A DNA stretch of 64,000 bases, from contig JAEEQE010000002.1 of assembly GCA_016285145.1 (NCBI GenBank), positions 73,201-137,200 of the forward strand, written 5' to 3'. The notes beneath the pieces are model-generated. The model did no database searches. It was not told where the DNA came from and saw only the letters and a program-made list of their open reading frames with translations. Position numbers and translations under genes: made by a program. This DNA comes from Bacteroidales bacterium. GTDB taxonomy: Bacteria; Bacteroidota; Bacteroidia; Bacteroidales; WCHB1-69. Below are positions 26,982 to 37,386 of this stretch, in pieces. Position 1 is the stretch's first letter. The number at the start of each line of letters is the position of its first letter.

Positions 26982-28235
26982 TTAACGTGCCTGCCAACCG
27001 ATGTCGTTACGATAGAACAGGTCGGGACATTCCAGTTGGCGCACACCTTCGTAGGCATCCTGTTGTGCCTCCGCCAATGTGGCTCCTTTGCCAACCACAA
27101 AGAGTACTCGGCCTCCGTTGGAAAGCCAAGCCTCGCCATCGCGTTTGGTGCCCATGTGGAATACCAATTGGTTGAGTTTATCCAAGTTTTTGATTTCAAA
27201 GCCTTTTCCATATTTTCCAGGGTACCCTTTGGCGGCCAAAACCACGCCTAAAAAGGCTTCTGAATGAAATTCGGGGTTCACTTCGTGATGTTGGAGTATG
27301 TCCAGCATCATTTGCAAAAGGTCGCTTTTGAGTTTTGGCAGCACCACTTCTGTTTCCGGGTCTCCGAAGCGGGCGTTGAACTCGATCACTTTCGGTCCCG
27401 CTTGGGTGAGCATGAGTCCACCATAGAGCACGCCGCAGAAGGGACATCCCTCATTAGCCAGCGCCTTGGCCATCGGTTTCATAATGTGTTCCACAGCCCA
27501 GTCGATTTGCGTTTGCGGGATGACGGGCACGGGCGAGTAGGCTCCCATGCCGCCGGTGTTGGGTCCTTTGTCGCCATCGAAGGCACGCTTGTGGTCCTGG
27601 GCGATGACCAACGGCACCACCTGTTCGCCGTTCACTAACGTGAGCAGGGAAAACTCGGGGCCTTCCAAAAATTCTTCCATCACCACTTTCCCTTGGCCGA
27701 AATGGTTATCTAAGAGCATGTCTTTCAGAGCGTTGTCAGCCTCTTCGACAGTCATGGCCACCACCACGCCCTTGCCGGCGGCGAGACCATCGTATTTGAT
27801 GACGATGGGAGCTCCGATCTCGTTGAGATAGCGCTTGGCATCGTCATAGTTCTCGAACGTACGGAAGGCTGCCGTAGGGATGTTATAGCGTTGCATCAGC
27901 TCTTTGGCAAACTGTTTGCTGCCCTCGATTTGGGCGGCGGCGCGGGTGGGGCCGAAGATGGAGAGTCCGGCCTCTTGGAATGCGTCGGCAATGCCGTTCA
28001 TCAGTGCCGCTTCCGGTCCTACAATGGTCAGGTCTATCTTATTTTCCAGCGCGAACTTCAGCAGTTCGGATGTGTTGTTTTCGTCAATGGGAACCAGCTC
28101 TACTGGAGCATCGGTGATGGTAAGCATACCCTCATTGCCGGGGGCGATATAGAGTTGGGGATGTAACGGGGATTGGGCTATTTTCCACGCAATGGCGTGC
28201 TCGCGACCTCCACGGCCGATAATCAGTACTTTCAT
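26982..28235 (-). CDS. purD: phosphoribosylamine--glycine ligase
   Basis: MKVLIIGRGGREHAIAWKIAQSP..., an ATP-grasp core, 417 aa. Confidence 0.92.
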   Translation of the reverse strand: MKVLIIGRGGREHAIAWKIAQSPLHPQLYIAPGNEGMLTITDAPVELVPIDENNTSELLKFALENKIDLTIVGPEAALMNGIADAFQEAGLSIFGPTRAAAQIEGSKQFAKELMQRYNIPTAAFRTFENYDDAKRYLNEIGAPIVIKYDGLAAGKGVVVAMTVEEADNALKDMLLDNHFGQGKVVMEEFLEGPEFSLLTLVNGEQVVPLVIAQDHKRAFDGDKGPNTGGMGAYSPVPVIPQTQIDWAVEHIMKPMAKALANEGCPFCGVLYGGLMLTQAGPKVIEFNARFGDPETEVVLPKLKSDLLQMMLDILQHHEVNPEFHSEAFLGVVLAAKGYPGKYGKGFEIKNLDKLNQLVFHMGTKRDGEAWLSNGGRVLFVVGKGATLAEAQQDAYEGVRQLECPDLFYRNDIGWQAR

Positions 28236-29599
28236 TCTTCTTGTTTTGTTATAACGTAACCTTTATATCGATTCATTACCTCTTGGACGTAATGAATGGT
28301 GTGTTTCCCAGGGTAATATCCGCATTTGACCACAGGGTCGTTGTAATACTCCTTATGCGACTTCAGGGCCAGATATTCTGCCACTTTCTCCCAATGGGTG
28401 GCATCCTCTTCATATTTTTTGCACAAGGCCATGGCATCTAAGATATGCCCCGGTCCGGAATTGTAGGAGGCAGCCACAAAGTTGTAAATTTCGGAAGTAT
28501 CCACTTTGCCGTCGAATATCTTATAAAGGAAGGAGATGTATTTGGCCCCGGCCCAGATCTGTTCCTCCACAGTGGAGGTGTCGGTGATGCCGTAGCGCGC
28601 ACAGGTGACGGGCATCATCTGCATGATGCCGAAACTGCCACCCATACCCAACACATCAGAGGAGAAATGAGATTCCTGCCAGATGATGGACGACATGAAA
28701 CGCCAATCGATGTTATAGCGTTCACAGGCTTTTTGCAGAATCTTGTCGTAGGAGGATATCTTGTTCTTCTTGGTCCCGAAAGAATTTTGGATGATGATGG
28801 AGTGGCGCGACAGATAGCGCAGGCACAGATTCTGGTATTTGTTGGTCTCCTTGAAATCCCGAAGCCACTGGTTGATGGTGTCGTTGAGTTCCCGGTTATG
28901 CTTGTTAAGAATCCAGGTTCGGGGGAAATTTTTCCCGATAGTGGGCCCCAGCGAAAGGTTGGTGTAGAAGGGGAGCATCGTGATTGCCACATTGAAATTG
29001 CATACAGCATAGTCAATGAGGGTGTCGCCGAGCATGTCGAAAAGATCTTCTGCGGTGGCTTCACGGTCGTGTTGGAGTTCCCACAATTCTGGATGATCCA
29101 AGATGCTCAGGTCCACCTGATTGGAATAATGGGCGGAAGCGTGGATAATGTGTTTTGCGGTGCTGTCGAATTTCATGCCCTTGCGCATGATGAGTACCGG
29201 ATACGTGTAGGAGTGGGCTTCGGATTCCACGATGTAGTCGGGCACGAACAAGTCTTTGTTGAAGTCAATGCCCACAATGTCATAATGTTGGGAAAAACAT
29301 TCGAGGATAGCCTTTCCCGGGTCGGATTCAATGGTGATGATTACGGGACGATGAAGGTCTTTGCCTAATTGGTTCAGAAGGTCATATTGGAAACCGATGA
29401 CGGAGCCGTGATACACAAAATAATCCGCCGCATGATACAGAATCAGCGCTTTGATGGTGTCCCCGTGCGATTCACGAACGGTTTCGTGTTTGAATTTGTT
29501 TTTGAGGGGAACATGCGTAATTCTACCATGGAAAACCAGCAGCAGGCACAACGCCAGTGTGGCTATCACCAAAAATAGAAAACTAACGTGTTTCTTCAA
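28232..29599 (-). CDS. MltF-like lytic transglycosylase (solute-binding-like N-domain + SLT domain)
   Basis: SLT catalytic region SIIWQESHFSSDVLGMGGSFGIMQMMP...AASYNSGPGHI, with an N-terminal TM/signal anchor. The start appears to be TTG at 29599, as there is no in-frame ATG nearby. The stop overlaps the purD start by 4 nt. Confidence 0.75.
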   Translation of the reverse strand: MKKHVSFLFLVIATLALCLLLVFHGRITHVPLKNKFKHETVRESHGDTIKALILYHAADYFVYHGSVIGFQYDLLNQLGKDLHRPVIITIESDPGKAILECFSQHYDIVGIDFNKDLFVPDYIVESEAHSYTYPVLIMRKGMKFDSTAKHIIHASAHYSNQVDLSILDHPELWELQHDREATAEDLFDMLGDTLIDYAVCNFNVAITMLPFYTNLSLGPTIGKNFPRTWILNKHNRELNDTINQWLRDFKETNKYQNLCLRYLSRHSIIIQNSFGTKKNKISSYDKILQKACERYNIDWRFMSSIIWQESHFSSDVLGMGGSFGIMQMMPVTCARYGITDTSTVEEQIWAGAKYISFLYKIFDGKVDTSEIYNFVAASYNSGPGHILDAMALCKKYEEDATHWEKVAEYLALKSHKEYYNDPVVKCGYYPGKHTIHYVQEVMNRYKGYVITKQEE

Positions 29600-29611
29600 A
29601 ATGGAAACGCA

Positions 29612-30082
29612 TTAGTTCTCCGGCTCCAGCCAAATGGTGTCTTGTTTGTCCAGCACACCCTCTTCCAGCGTGATTTGCGTGTAGCCTACATAGAGCAAAT
29701 CAGGTTCTTGAGTGGTGTCCACCCAGGTGGCTTTCAAAGCCAACAGTGCGGGATGCGGCAATTGGAAATGGAAACTGCCTTCCGCTGCGGTGTGCGGGAA
29801 AATATGCCGAAGCGTGTCGGAAATGGGTCTTGTGTAATATGTGGTGTCACGGATAGTGTCTCCATTACTAATTGTTTCATTGATTCTCATAAATTCATGG
29901 TTGTATTTCCCTAACGTGTCAATGTTGATGACAACCCCCTTGACCGGAGCAACAACAGATGGGTCAGGATGGTACAAACACGTGATGGTGGCCCCGCAAC
30001 TGCGTTCCTTGTGGCATTGGGTGAAGCACAAGATTATAAAAGCGGCGGCGATGAACAACATTACAAAATTAATTCTTTTCAT
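29612..30082 (-). CDS. small secreted or lipoprotein-like protein of unknown function, immediately downstream of sprA
   Basis: 156 aa. It has N-terminal hydrophobic signal MKRINFVMLFIAAAFIILCFTQC with four cysteines in the next 20 residues. I recognise no family motif. Confidence 0.6.
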   Translation of the reverse strand: MKRINFVMLFIAAAFIILCFTQCHKERSCGATITCLYHPDPSVVAPVKGVVINIDTLGKYNHEFMRINETISNGDTIRDTTYYTRPISDTLRHIFPHTAAEGSFHFQLPHPALLALKATWVDTTQEPDLLYVGYTQITLEEGVLDKQDTIWLEPEN

Positions 30083-30118
30083 ATTATTCGATTTTGTGTG
30101 TGCAAAAATAATAAAATT

Positions 30119-33100
30119 TTATTGTGACAACCTCAATGTGACAGAAATACCTGTTTCAAAGTTCATGTTGTTGTATTGGTTGTAGATTTTCGGTCGGTTG
30201 ATGGTCATGTCGTAGTAGAATTTCAACCCTACCATCTGACTGAACTGGTATTCAGCAGCCACGTTCACGGTAGCGGAAAGCATACCGGAGGTGACTTGCT
30301 GCTGATCCTCTTGAATCTTGCGCAAGACGGTCTGGTTGTTTTTAACACCCAACCCAACCGTAAGGTTCAAGTCACTGACAAACTGACGTTTGACGCCAGA
30401 GAATATCAGGCCAAGTTTCAGATCCTTGAAACGGTAACCGCCGGAGAACGACAACTCCCAAGCGGAGGTTTCCGTAATCTGGTTGTTGGTGAAACTCAAC
30501 GACACATTGCGGTTCTGTTTGTATTCCACTTTCAACAACATGCTGTTTTTCAATGTCATGTCAAAACCCACCAATGGTCCGAACTGTTCGGAAATGGCAA
30601 TCTGGTTCAGTTCGTTGGCCGGAATGAAATCGCCTAAAGTGTTGCGGACATCTTCACCCTCTCTATAGGCCAGGTTGGTGGTATAGGAGCCTACTTGATA
30701 GGTGCAGATGTACGAATGCACCAAGGAGAGGCTTTGGAAAATCTTGTTCATACCTTTGATTTTCGTGAAACCGTTGTAGTTAAGGCGCCAATTGGGTAAC
30801 GGGATCTTGAGGAAGGGTGAGGATATGTCTGCCTTGTCGGCATCTTTACCCATATAGGAGACGAAGAAAGCGGCCATCAACACATCTTGCGACACATCAC
30901 TATATCCGTCAGGAAATCCCGTTTCGGGGTTGATGTTATCAGAACTGGTGAACGGACTGTTATCTGCCAACCGGCGGGCGAGCTTCAACCGTACATTCTG
31001 AAAATCGGCGAACAGGTCGTCGTAATTGGAGAAGAAGGTCTTTAATCCGCAGTAGGTCATACTGAAGGAACCGTTGCGTTGGGGTGTGTAATGGCTGATG
31101 TTTCCAGCCTCGTCCACATGGAAATATTCGGAAAAGTTCTCTGTGAAATTTCTATTGGCGGACACGTCGATGCGGAAATCCCGGAATGGTTCCACCGTAG
31201 CCCGCAGGTTAATTACTTGGTTTTTCGTGCGCTGGTAGGCGGTGTTCAGCAACGAATCGGTGGTCAGCCAGTGGTTTCTGGCTCCAATGGCCTGGATGTC
31301 CGGCTGCCCGCCAAATACGAAGAGGAATCCGGGCGACCGGTCGGTAAAGTCGATGCCGAACATGTTGGGCCGGCCCATGTAGCCAGGCAGGGTGGTTCCG
31401 TGGCCTTCCGAATAGTTGGCTGACACGTTGCGCACCATCATCAGGAAACGTAGCGTCCCGTCCAGAATGATTTTGCCGTAGTTAGGTTTGTCTTTGAGCG
31501 AGTCTTTGGCGTTTTTGTCCCTTTCCTTGTCTTTACCTTTGTCCTTATCATTATCTTTATCGTTGTCTTTGCTGGTTTTGTTTTTGTCGCTCTTGTTGTT
31601 TTTGTTCGGCGTGTTGCGGTTGCCTTGGTTGACTTTCTTCAAATACGGAACATTGTTGTATAATGTGATCATGTTCAAGGTTCCGTTTCCTTGGATGGAG
31701 TTGGAGTTTTGCAGCGTGTTGCCGAGGTAAGCCAATGAGAGGGCGGACGCAGTATATGAGAAATTGGAGGTGTAGCGCACGTTGGCGTTCACCCAGTTGA
31801 ACAACGGTATCTTGTTGATGGGCACCTGATAGGTACCGGAGAATGCCTGCCGGAAATCGGTTGTGCGGCCGCCACGTCCGAGACAACGCCATACGGAATC
31901 CTTTTTCGTACGGGTGTCGATCAGACCGTCCGGCTCGTCAATGCGTGCGGAGGCGTCGGCGCGGTATTCCAGCTTCAAACTCTGGAAAATGTCCCAATTC
32001 AAGGTGTAGTTTCGCGTCCAATCAAAGGATTTCACGAAGCTGGTGTCCACAATGATGTTGCCCTGGCTCTTAGGCCGGTATTTGAATTCCTGCAGCTCTC
32101 GGCGAAGGGATGTACGGATGGTGACATTTTTCGGCATGGGCGTGATGTTGAAATCCCGAATCAACTGCAGCCATTTGGATTTCATCCACCGTACTTTCGA
32201 GAACGGACGGAGGTTCTTGGGATTGGTGCTGAAAGTATATCCGATTTCACCATTGTGAATGTATTCATTGTTGAGCTCAAGGTCCACATCCCGCTGAACC
32301 AGTTCCGAATAGGAGTAGGAAAGGTCGAAGTTCTCGATGTCCCACGGATGCATTTTCAGTTTTCCGCCGTCTAAATTCCGCTCTTTGCGGACGTTCATCA
32401 GGTTCACATTCTGGCGGCGGGTGTAGGCGTTGGTGAGATGGCGGATGGAGTCGCGCTGTTCTGCTGATTCGTATGTGGCCAGATCATCACGCATCTTCAC
32501 ATCGGGGTTCAGTGGATTATATTCGGGTTGTTCTATGCCTAACGAGTAGTCGTAGTGCAACGGAATCTTGATGTTCCATTTTTCTGGGAAGAGTACTTTG
32601 CCTCCATCCAAGTTGGCGGCGATATCAAGGTTGTATTTGGACTCCATTGAACGTTCCGTGACGGACTGTTCAATACTTCCGAATCCGGGCGACATATAGC
32701 TACCCGATACGGTAAGGTCGCCTACATCGGCCAGATTGACGCGGGCGCGCAACAGGGCGGCAAATCCTTGTTTGTCGTCAAAACCGCTGAGTCGTAGCTC
32801 GTTAATCCACATCTCAACGGATTTCGGCAACATGTCGTCATCATCGTTGAGTTTCTTTTTGGGATTTCGAATACCAACCATGATGGTAGTCACCTCAGCC
32901 AAATTGGGCACACCTACCACGGTGATGCGGTTTTCCTCGTCAATTTCTTTCGAATAAGGAATGGCATTCGAGGAGTGGTATCCTTTTCGAACGGCCACGT
33001 TTCGTTCCTGTTTCAAAGACACGAGGGAGTCCAGTCGCACCAGCATGCGGTTGGCTTCCGGCCAGATGGCAACCGTGTCACGTCCGCAATGCCAAGGCGT

Positions 33101-36100
33101 GATATCAAGCGGCATCTCATATTCGTAGTAGTTCTCCGTGAAGTCAGAGCCCAACCGGATAAAAGCGGTGACATCGCCCTTCTTGAGATCACCACTGTTG
33201 TGAACATCCTCCGCATGGATGAACATACGCAGGTTGTTGAACTGGCGAAGGTCGTATTTGGTGCTTTTGTAGATGGCGCGGGCGTCACCGTCAGGCAGAT
33301 CTACGACTTTCATCGTCAAGGCCTGCTCGTTGATTTGATACACCTTTGTGCCATACGCGCGTTCGCGATCGATGCCGGGAGGAAGCATATAGGGAATCGG
33401 TGTGCGGTTGGCGTTTTCCTCCAAGCTGACGGTTCCCACATAGAAAGAACCTTCCCCATCGCCTTGCGTGGGCATATAGTCGCCCTGTTCCTGAAGTGTC
33501 AGGTTATAGGTACGCCAGTCTCCACGGACAAGTTCGAAGGTGGCAAAACGACAGACAATGGGCTCTTCAAACCCGCGCATGAAGACACGCATGAAACGGA
33601 TGGAGTTGAAACCCGACATTCCGTTGACCACTTTATCCGGATTGTGGATCGGGATACGGAACTGGTACCATTTGGTGAGCGGACGGGTGCCGTCGGGCAG
33701 CGGTTCCGGCATGGCCTCGTAGATGTCGTTTATATAGTTCTCACCCACCACCATGTTGTCGGGAGAGAGATTGATGACATACTGATAATATTTCTCATCC
33801 TCACTCAGTGTGTTGTCATTGTTCATGTCCTCCAAGTTCGGCATGAGGTTGAAGGAGGTGGGATATGGTTCCGGACTTTGGCTTTCTGTGGGAGAGTTTC
33901 CTTCCGCCAGAGTGTAATGTTTGTAGCGCTCTACAATTTTCATGTCCGCCGCGTCATAATCCGAGCCCCGGAAATGATGATAGTTGTCAGAGGAGGGGTC
34001 GCGGTAGGCCGTTTGGTAGGCTAACGACGACACACCGAACTTGTTGGCAATGAGGTCAAGATAGTTTTCTTTGAAATAGTCCCGCTCACGTTCATCCTGT
34101 AAACCGTCATAACCCACATCCTGATATTTTCGGGCTTCGGGGTCGTTGTCAAAAGCATTGACTATCAGCTGAGTGGTGGGAACACGGCCCCAAGCGGTAA
34201 ATTCCACATTTTCATCAGAACCGTCACCGGGAAGTCCGTTTTCAAAGAATTTCATACCATCGCGAAGAATATCCTCCGAAATGTCGCCCAGGTTGAAATA
34301 GAGTTTACCGCCACTATGGTTCGGATTGTCAATGAACGGATCCATCATCCAAAATTCGATGTATTCGTAGTTGGAGGATTCGAAGTCTGTGTTGTCGAAT
34401 TTGCGCATGATGCCGCCCCAACGGGTTTCCGGATTTTTCAGGGTGCCATCGTCGTTGATACCACGCGAAACACCTTCCTCTCCAGCCACATCATAGTTGT
34501 AGGGGCCTTTTTCCGAAGGATAGTAAGCCATGTTGAACACCGTCATATAGGTGGAAAGCTCCGTGCCGGACTGTTCTCTATAGGGGAAGAGTTCCGGTTC
34601 ATAGACGGCGCGTGCGTATGGGACGGAAAGGTCCTCCTTGGTGATGTTCTTCGGGGTGGCATTGTTATTATTATAGAATAACGGTTCAATGACATACCAA
34701 GACATCAAAGCCCTGTTGTAGCCGTAGGAGAGTTGCTTGCGGGAATTTTCCGTAATACCATACGGACGAGCTTCGGGAAACAGGTCCGGCTGCCCTTGCG
34801 GCGTGGAGGCCAGCACCCAATTGGACATGGTGGAAAGGTCAATGGAAGATTTGGCCGCCTCGAAATCATCAATATAGGTGGTTCCCGACTTGCCTACTGC
34901 TCGGTTGTGACCTGGGATAAAATGAGCAAACTCACCCTCCAAATTCAAGTTGGAAGCTGTGGTGGTGCTATGGAAGGTTATCTTGTCTATGACTTTTGTT
35001 AAAAACGGCAATTCGGTCTTGTAGGCGAAATTCATGCCCCAAACCACGTTGTTGATGGGTTCATCCCCGTAATTGACCTTGTTTGTTTGAGGACGCTCCA
35101 TCAAATTGAGGATGGTGGCCCCGATATTGAAGTTTTTGGAGAAAATATAGTCGAAATTGGCACCCAGCATCACCTGGTCATTGGCCATGATTTCGTTGTC
35201 GTTTTCTATGGAAATGGAGATGGGGGTTCCGGAGTTTAATATGCCCTGGTTGATGATGGAAACGGTTCCCATGTCGTAATTGACAGTGTAATCCACGTTT
35301 TCCGTCAACTGGATGCCACCAGCGGTCACCTTTACAGAGCCTGGGGCCACATTGGTGGAAGTGAAATGGTATTCCGAACCGTAGGAGGAGCGGTAACTGC
35401 CCTCCAAATAGTATTTGTTTTTGTTGGTGATTTGCTGGGCCATGGTTTTGGTCATGGTATAAAGCGAATCATAGGCATAGAGGTCGGCGAGGTTGGCTTC
35501 ATCCTCATCGAAAATGGCTCTCAAATCCTTGCCGAAAGGCTCCACAGTGGGGAAATAGATGCGTCCGTTGTTGGCGTTGATAGTACCTCCGTTGATGGCC
35601 GCACCGTCAATAAAGTCGAAAATGCCATCCGGAGACGGATCCTGTTGTTGGTTCAAACGGTCTAATCCCATCAGTTTGATGAGGGCGATACCTTTGTTCT
35701 TTCCTTTGGTGAAGAAGCCGTTGGCAATGCCGTCCTCATCACCTGTGTAAAGGATGTTCAACCGGAATTTTTCGGGCGACACCTGATAGGCGGAGAGGGA
35801 ATAGACGTTTTTCATCATCAGCTTCCACAGCGGGGAACGGGTGTTCAGGTTAGTGCTCTTCAACAATTTGACACGAAGACAGTTGGGTGCGGACACCTCG
35901 TTTGCAAACTCACCCACCTGATACACATGGTCGTCACCAATGACCGTGTATTGGAACGCCACAGCCAGCACTTGGTCGGAGTTGAGGGCGGAATTCAAGG
36001 TGATGAAGCCCAACTTCGGGTTGAAGGTGTATTCGGAAGGCGAGAGCAAGCGGGCACTTTCCACTTTTTCGTAGTTGGTACCGGCCTTCATGCCTACCGA

Positions 36101-37381
36101 ATGCAGGTTGTTGGACACGCTGGAAATATTACGAATCAGCGAGGAGTCCACAATCTGAATCAGGTTGTTGATGTCGTTGTCGGGATACATTCCGCCACCG
36201 GAAGCCGCCGGATTATAGGAGAGGGCCCCGAATTCAGGGTTGGCCTCGCCAAGGTCAGTGAAAGCCACAATGTTACGGTTTTCCTGAGTGGCTGCTCCAA
36301 CAGTGGTGCGCCAAACTTCGATCTTGGTGATGACGATGGGCGAACTTACCAACGGAAGCGTTTTCAAATATTCGTTGTAGTGGTCGCGGAAGAATTGTCC
36401 AAGGAAGAAGTGCTTGTTCTCCTCGTACTCGTCGGCACGGAAGTAGAAGTCCTCTGTTTCCGCTCCACCTGTGATGGTCATGGTTTCCGAGGTGCTCTTT
36501 TTCTGAGAGGCCACCGCCGTCACCATGAGGTTTCCGAATTTCAACTGCGTTTTGACACCAAACAGGCTTTGGCTACCGGTAATCAGCGTGCTGTTCAAGG
36601 GAAGCGTTACATTACCAAATTCTATAAGTTGCAGAATATCATCCTCTTTACCGGCGTATTTCAGCTTGATTTTGTCCATGTTGTTGTCCAATGAAAGCTG
36701 GTCGGTCGTGTAGTTGAGGTTGAATTCTATTTTGTCGCCGATTTTGGCGATGAGGTTCAGTTGGATATCCTGATCGAAGTCAAAATCCGTATGCCGTTGC
36801 TGTTTTAATGGCAGGTTGTCGTTATCCACCTGGTTGTATTTGACGCCGAATTTCAGTTCCACGCTTCCGGAGGGGCGTATGTCGATAGTGTTGCTGCCGA
36901 AGATGCCCTCGAAGATGTCGCCGCCGATGTGAATTTGAGGGATCAGACCGCCGCCGCGTCGGTTGCCGCCGCCGGCATAGGAGTTGCTATGCGAATGCCA
37001 GTAGTCGTTGATGCTCTGCCGCAAGTCGTAGTTGATGTACTCATTAACATCCATGTACGCGCCCGGCCCGAAGGGCGTATTGCCCGTCATGTACTGGAAG
37101 TTGTACGTGTTGGTTTCCGGGTCGTATTGGATAACGGTTCCGACTCCTGGCGGGTTGTGCAGGGAGAAGGGACTGGTGAAGTTGTTTTGCAACGGGTTGT
37201 TGTTGGGTTGCGGCACAATCGGCGGGTTGGTGTCCGGTGGTGTGAGTGGAACAGGACACCCGGTGAATGCCATACTCCCGTTCGTGGCATGTGGCACGAT
37301 GTTAGCTTGGACTGTCAGACGGCACAAGCTCATCAAAACCATAATGTATATAATATATAATGTATGTCGGGTTGCTTTCAA
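30119..37381 (-). CDS. sprA: T9SS outer-membrane translocon SprA/Sov
   Basis: The 2,420-codon ORF has the size and composition (beta-strand-rich, aromatic/N/G-rich, terminal ...SVTLRLSQ) typical of SprA/Sov, the only Bacteroidota protein family of this kind. It lies directly downstream of ruvA. The start is TTG at 37381 or ATG at 37342 (uncertain). Confidence 0.8.
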   Translation of the reverse strand: MKATRHTLYIIYIMVLMSLCRLTVQANIVPHATNGSMAFTGCPVPLTPPDTNPPIVPQPNNNPLQNNFTSPFSLHNPPGVGTVIQYDPETNTYNFQYMTGNTPFGPGAYMDVNEYINYDLRQSINDYWHSHSNSYAGGGNRRGGGLIPQIHIGGDIFEGIFGSNTIDIRPSGSVELKFGVKYNQVDNDNLPLKQQRHTDFDFDQDIQLNLIAKIGDKIEFNLNYTTDQLSLDNNMDKIKLKYAGKEDDILQLIEFGNVTLPLNSTLITGSQSLFGVKTQLKFGNLMVTAVASQKKSTSETMTITGGAETEDFYFRADEYEENKHFFLGQFFRDHYNEYLKTLPLVSSPIVITKIEVWRTTVGAATQENRNIVAFTDLGEANPEFGALSYNPAASGGGMYPDNDINNLIQIVDSSLIRNISSVSNNLHSVGMKAGTNYEKVESARLLSPSEYTFNPKLGFITLNSALNSDQVLAVAFQYTVIGDDHVYQVGEFANEVSAPNCLRVKLLKSTNLNTRSPLWKLMMKNVYSLSAYQVSPEKFRLNILYTGDEDGIANGFFTKGKNKGIALIKLMGLDRLNQQQDPSPDGIFDFIDGAAINGGTINANNGRIYFPTVEPFGKDLRAIFDEDEANLADLYAYDSLYTMTKTMAQQITNKNKYYLEGSYRSSYGSEYHFTSTNVAPGSVKVTAGGIQLTENVDYTVNYDMGTVSIINQGILNSGTPISISIENDNEIMANDQVMLGANFDYIFSKNFNIGATILNLMERPQTNKVNYGDEPINNVVWGMNFAYKTELPFLTKVIDKITFHSTTTASNLNLEGEFAHFIPGHNRAVGKSGTTYIDDFEAAKSSIDLSTMSNWVLASTPQGQPDLFPEARPYGITENSRKQLSYGYNRALMSWYVIEPLFYNNNNATPKNITKEDLSVPYARAVYEPELFPYREQSGTELSTYMTVFNMAYYPSEKGPYNYDVAGEEGVSRGINDDGTLKNPETRWGGIMRKFDNTDFESSNYEYIEFWMMDPFIDNPNHSGGKLYFNLGDISEDILRDGMKFFENGLPGDGSDENVEFTAWGRVPTTQLIVNAFDNDPEARKYQDVGYDGLQDERERDYFKENYLDLIANKFGVSSLAYQTAYRDPSSDNYHHFRGSDYDAADMKIVERYKHYTLAEGNSPTESQSPEPYPTSFNLMPNLEDMNNDNTLSEDEKYYQYVINLSPDNMVVGENYINDIYEAMPEPLPDGTRPLTKWYQFRIPIHNPDKVVNGMSGFNSIRFMRVFMRGFEEPIVCRFATFELVRGDWRTYNLTLQEQGDYMPTQGDGEGSFYVGTVSLEENANRTPIPYMLPPGIDRERAYGTKVYQINEQALTMKVVDLPDGDARAIYKSTKYDLRQFNNLRMFIHAEDVHNSGDLKKGDVTAFIRLGSDFTENYYEYEMPLDITPWHCGRDTVAIWPEANRMLVRLDSLVSLKQERNVAVRKGYHSSNAIPYSKEIDEENRITVVGVPNLAEVTTIMVGIRNPKKKLNDDDDMLPKSVEMWINELRLSGFDDKQGFAALLRARVNLADVGDLTVSGSYMSPGFGSIEQSVTERSMESKYNLDIAANLDGGKVLFPEKWNIKIPLHYDYSLGIEQPEYNPLNPDVKMRDDLATYESAEQRDSIRHLTNAYTRRQNVNLMNVRKERNLDGGKLKMHPWDIENFDLSYSYSELVQRDVDLELNNEYIHNGEIGYTFSTNPKNLRPFSKVRWMKSKWLQLIRDFNITPMPKNVTIRTSLRRELQEFKYRPKSQGNIIVDTSFVKSFDWTRNYTLNWDIFQSLKLEYRADASARIDEPDGLIDTRTKKDSVWRCLGRGGRTTDFRQAFSGTYQVPINKIPLFNWVNANVRYTSNFSYTASALSLAYLGNTLQNSNSIQGNGTLNMITLYNNVPYLKKVNQGNRNTPNKNNKSDKNKTSKDNDKDNDKDKGKDKERDKNAKDSLKDKPNYGKIILDGTLRFLMMVRNVSANYSEGHGTTLPGYMGRPNMFGIDFTDRSPGFLFVFGGQPDIQAIGARNHWLTTDSLLNTAYQRTKNQVINLRATVEPFRDFRIDVSANRNFTENFSEYFHVDEAGNISHYTPQRNGSFSMTYCGLKTFFSNYDDLFADFQNVRLKLARRLADNSPFTSSDNINPETGFPDGYSDVSQDVLMAAFFVSYMGKDADKADISSPFLKIPLPNWRLNYNGFTKIKGMNKIFQSLSLVHSYICTYQVGSYTTNLAYREGEDVRNTLGDFIPANELNQIAISEQFGPLVGFDMTLKNSMLLKVEYKQNRNVSLSFTNNQITETSAWELSFSGGYRFKDLKLGLIFSGVKRQFVSDLNLTVGLGVKNNQTVLRKIQEDQQQVTSGMLSATVNVAAEYQFSQMVGLKFYYDMTINRPKIYNQYNNMNFETGISVTLRLSQ

Positions 37382-37386
37382 ATCTA

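Noticed and set aside
26945-27211. N-terminal ORF-track extensions: the TonB receptor to 27211, the chagasin gene to 20461, giant gene A to 8664, the helicase to 46463, queA to 43109, and trkA from 8714
   Set aside because: The extensions start at non-ATG codons or run into neighbouring genes, repeats or promoters. In each case an internal ATG gives a canonical signal peptide or family N-terminus with a TAnnTTTG box just upstream.
31488-31730. An ORF encoding an SLSLSLPLSLSLSL... repeat
   Set aside because: It is the reverse-complement reading of the Lys/Asp-rich low-complexity tract in SprA and is not an independent gene.
32975-34024. Long antisense ORFs nested in well-supported genes: 32975..34024 in sprA, 39551..40819 in the C10 gene, 52671..53903 in giant gene B, 46724..47746 in aspS, 41079..41993 in purM, 11577..12521, 13218..14000, 15645..16439 and 28445..29368
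   Set aside because: Each is fully contained antisense to a gene with strong family motifs. They have Arg/Gly/His/Val-rich composition typical of antisense frames, often use non-ATG starts, and carry no motifs I recognise.
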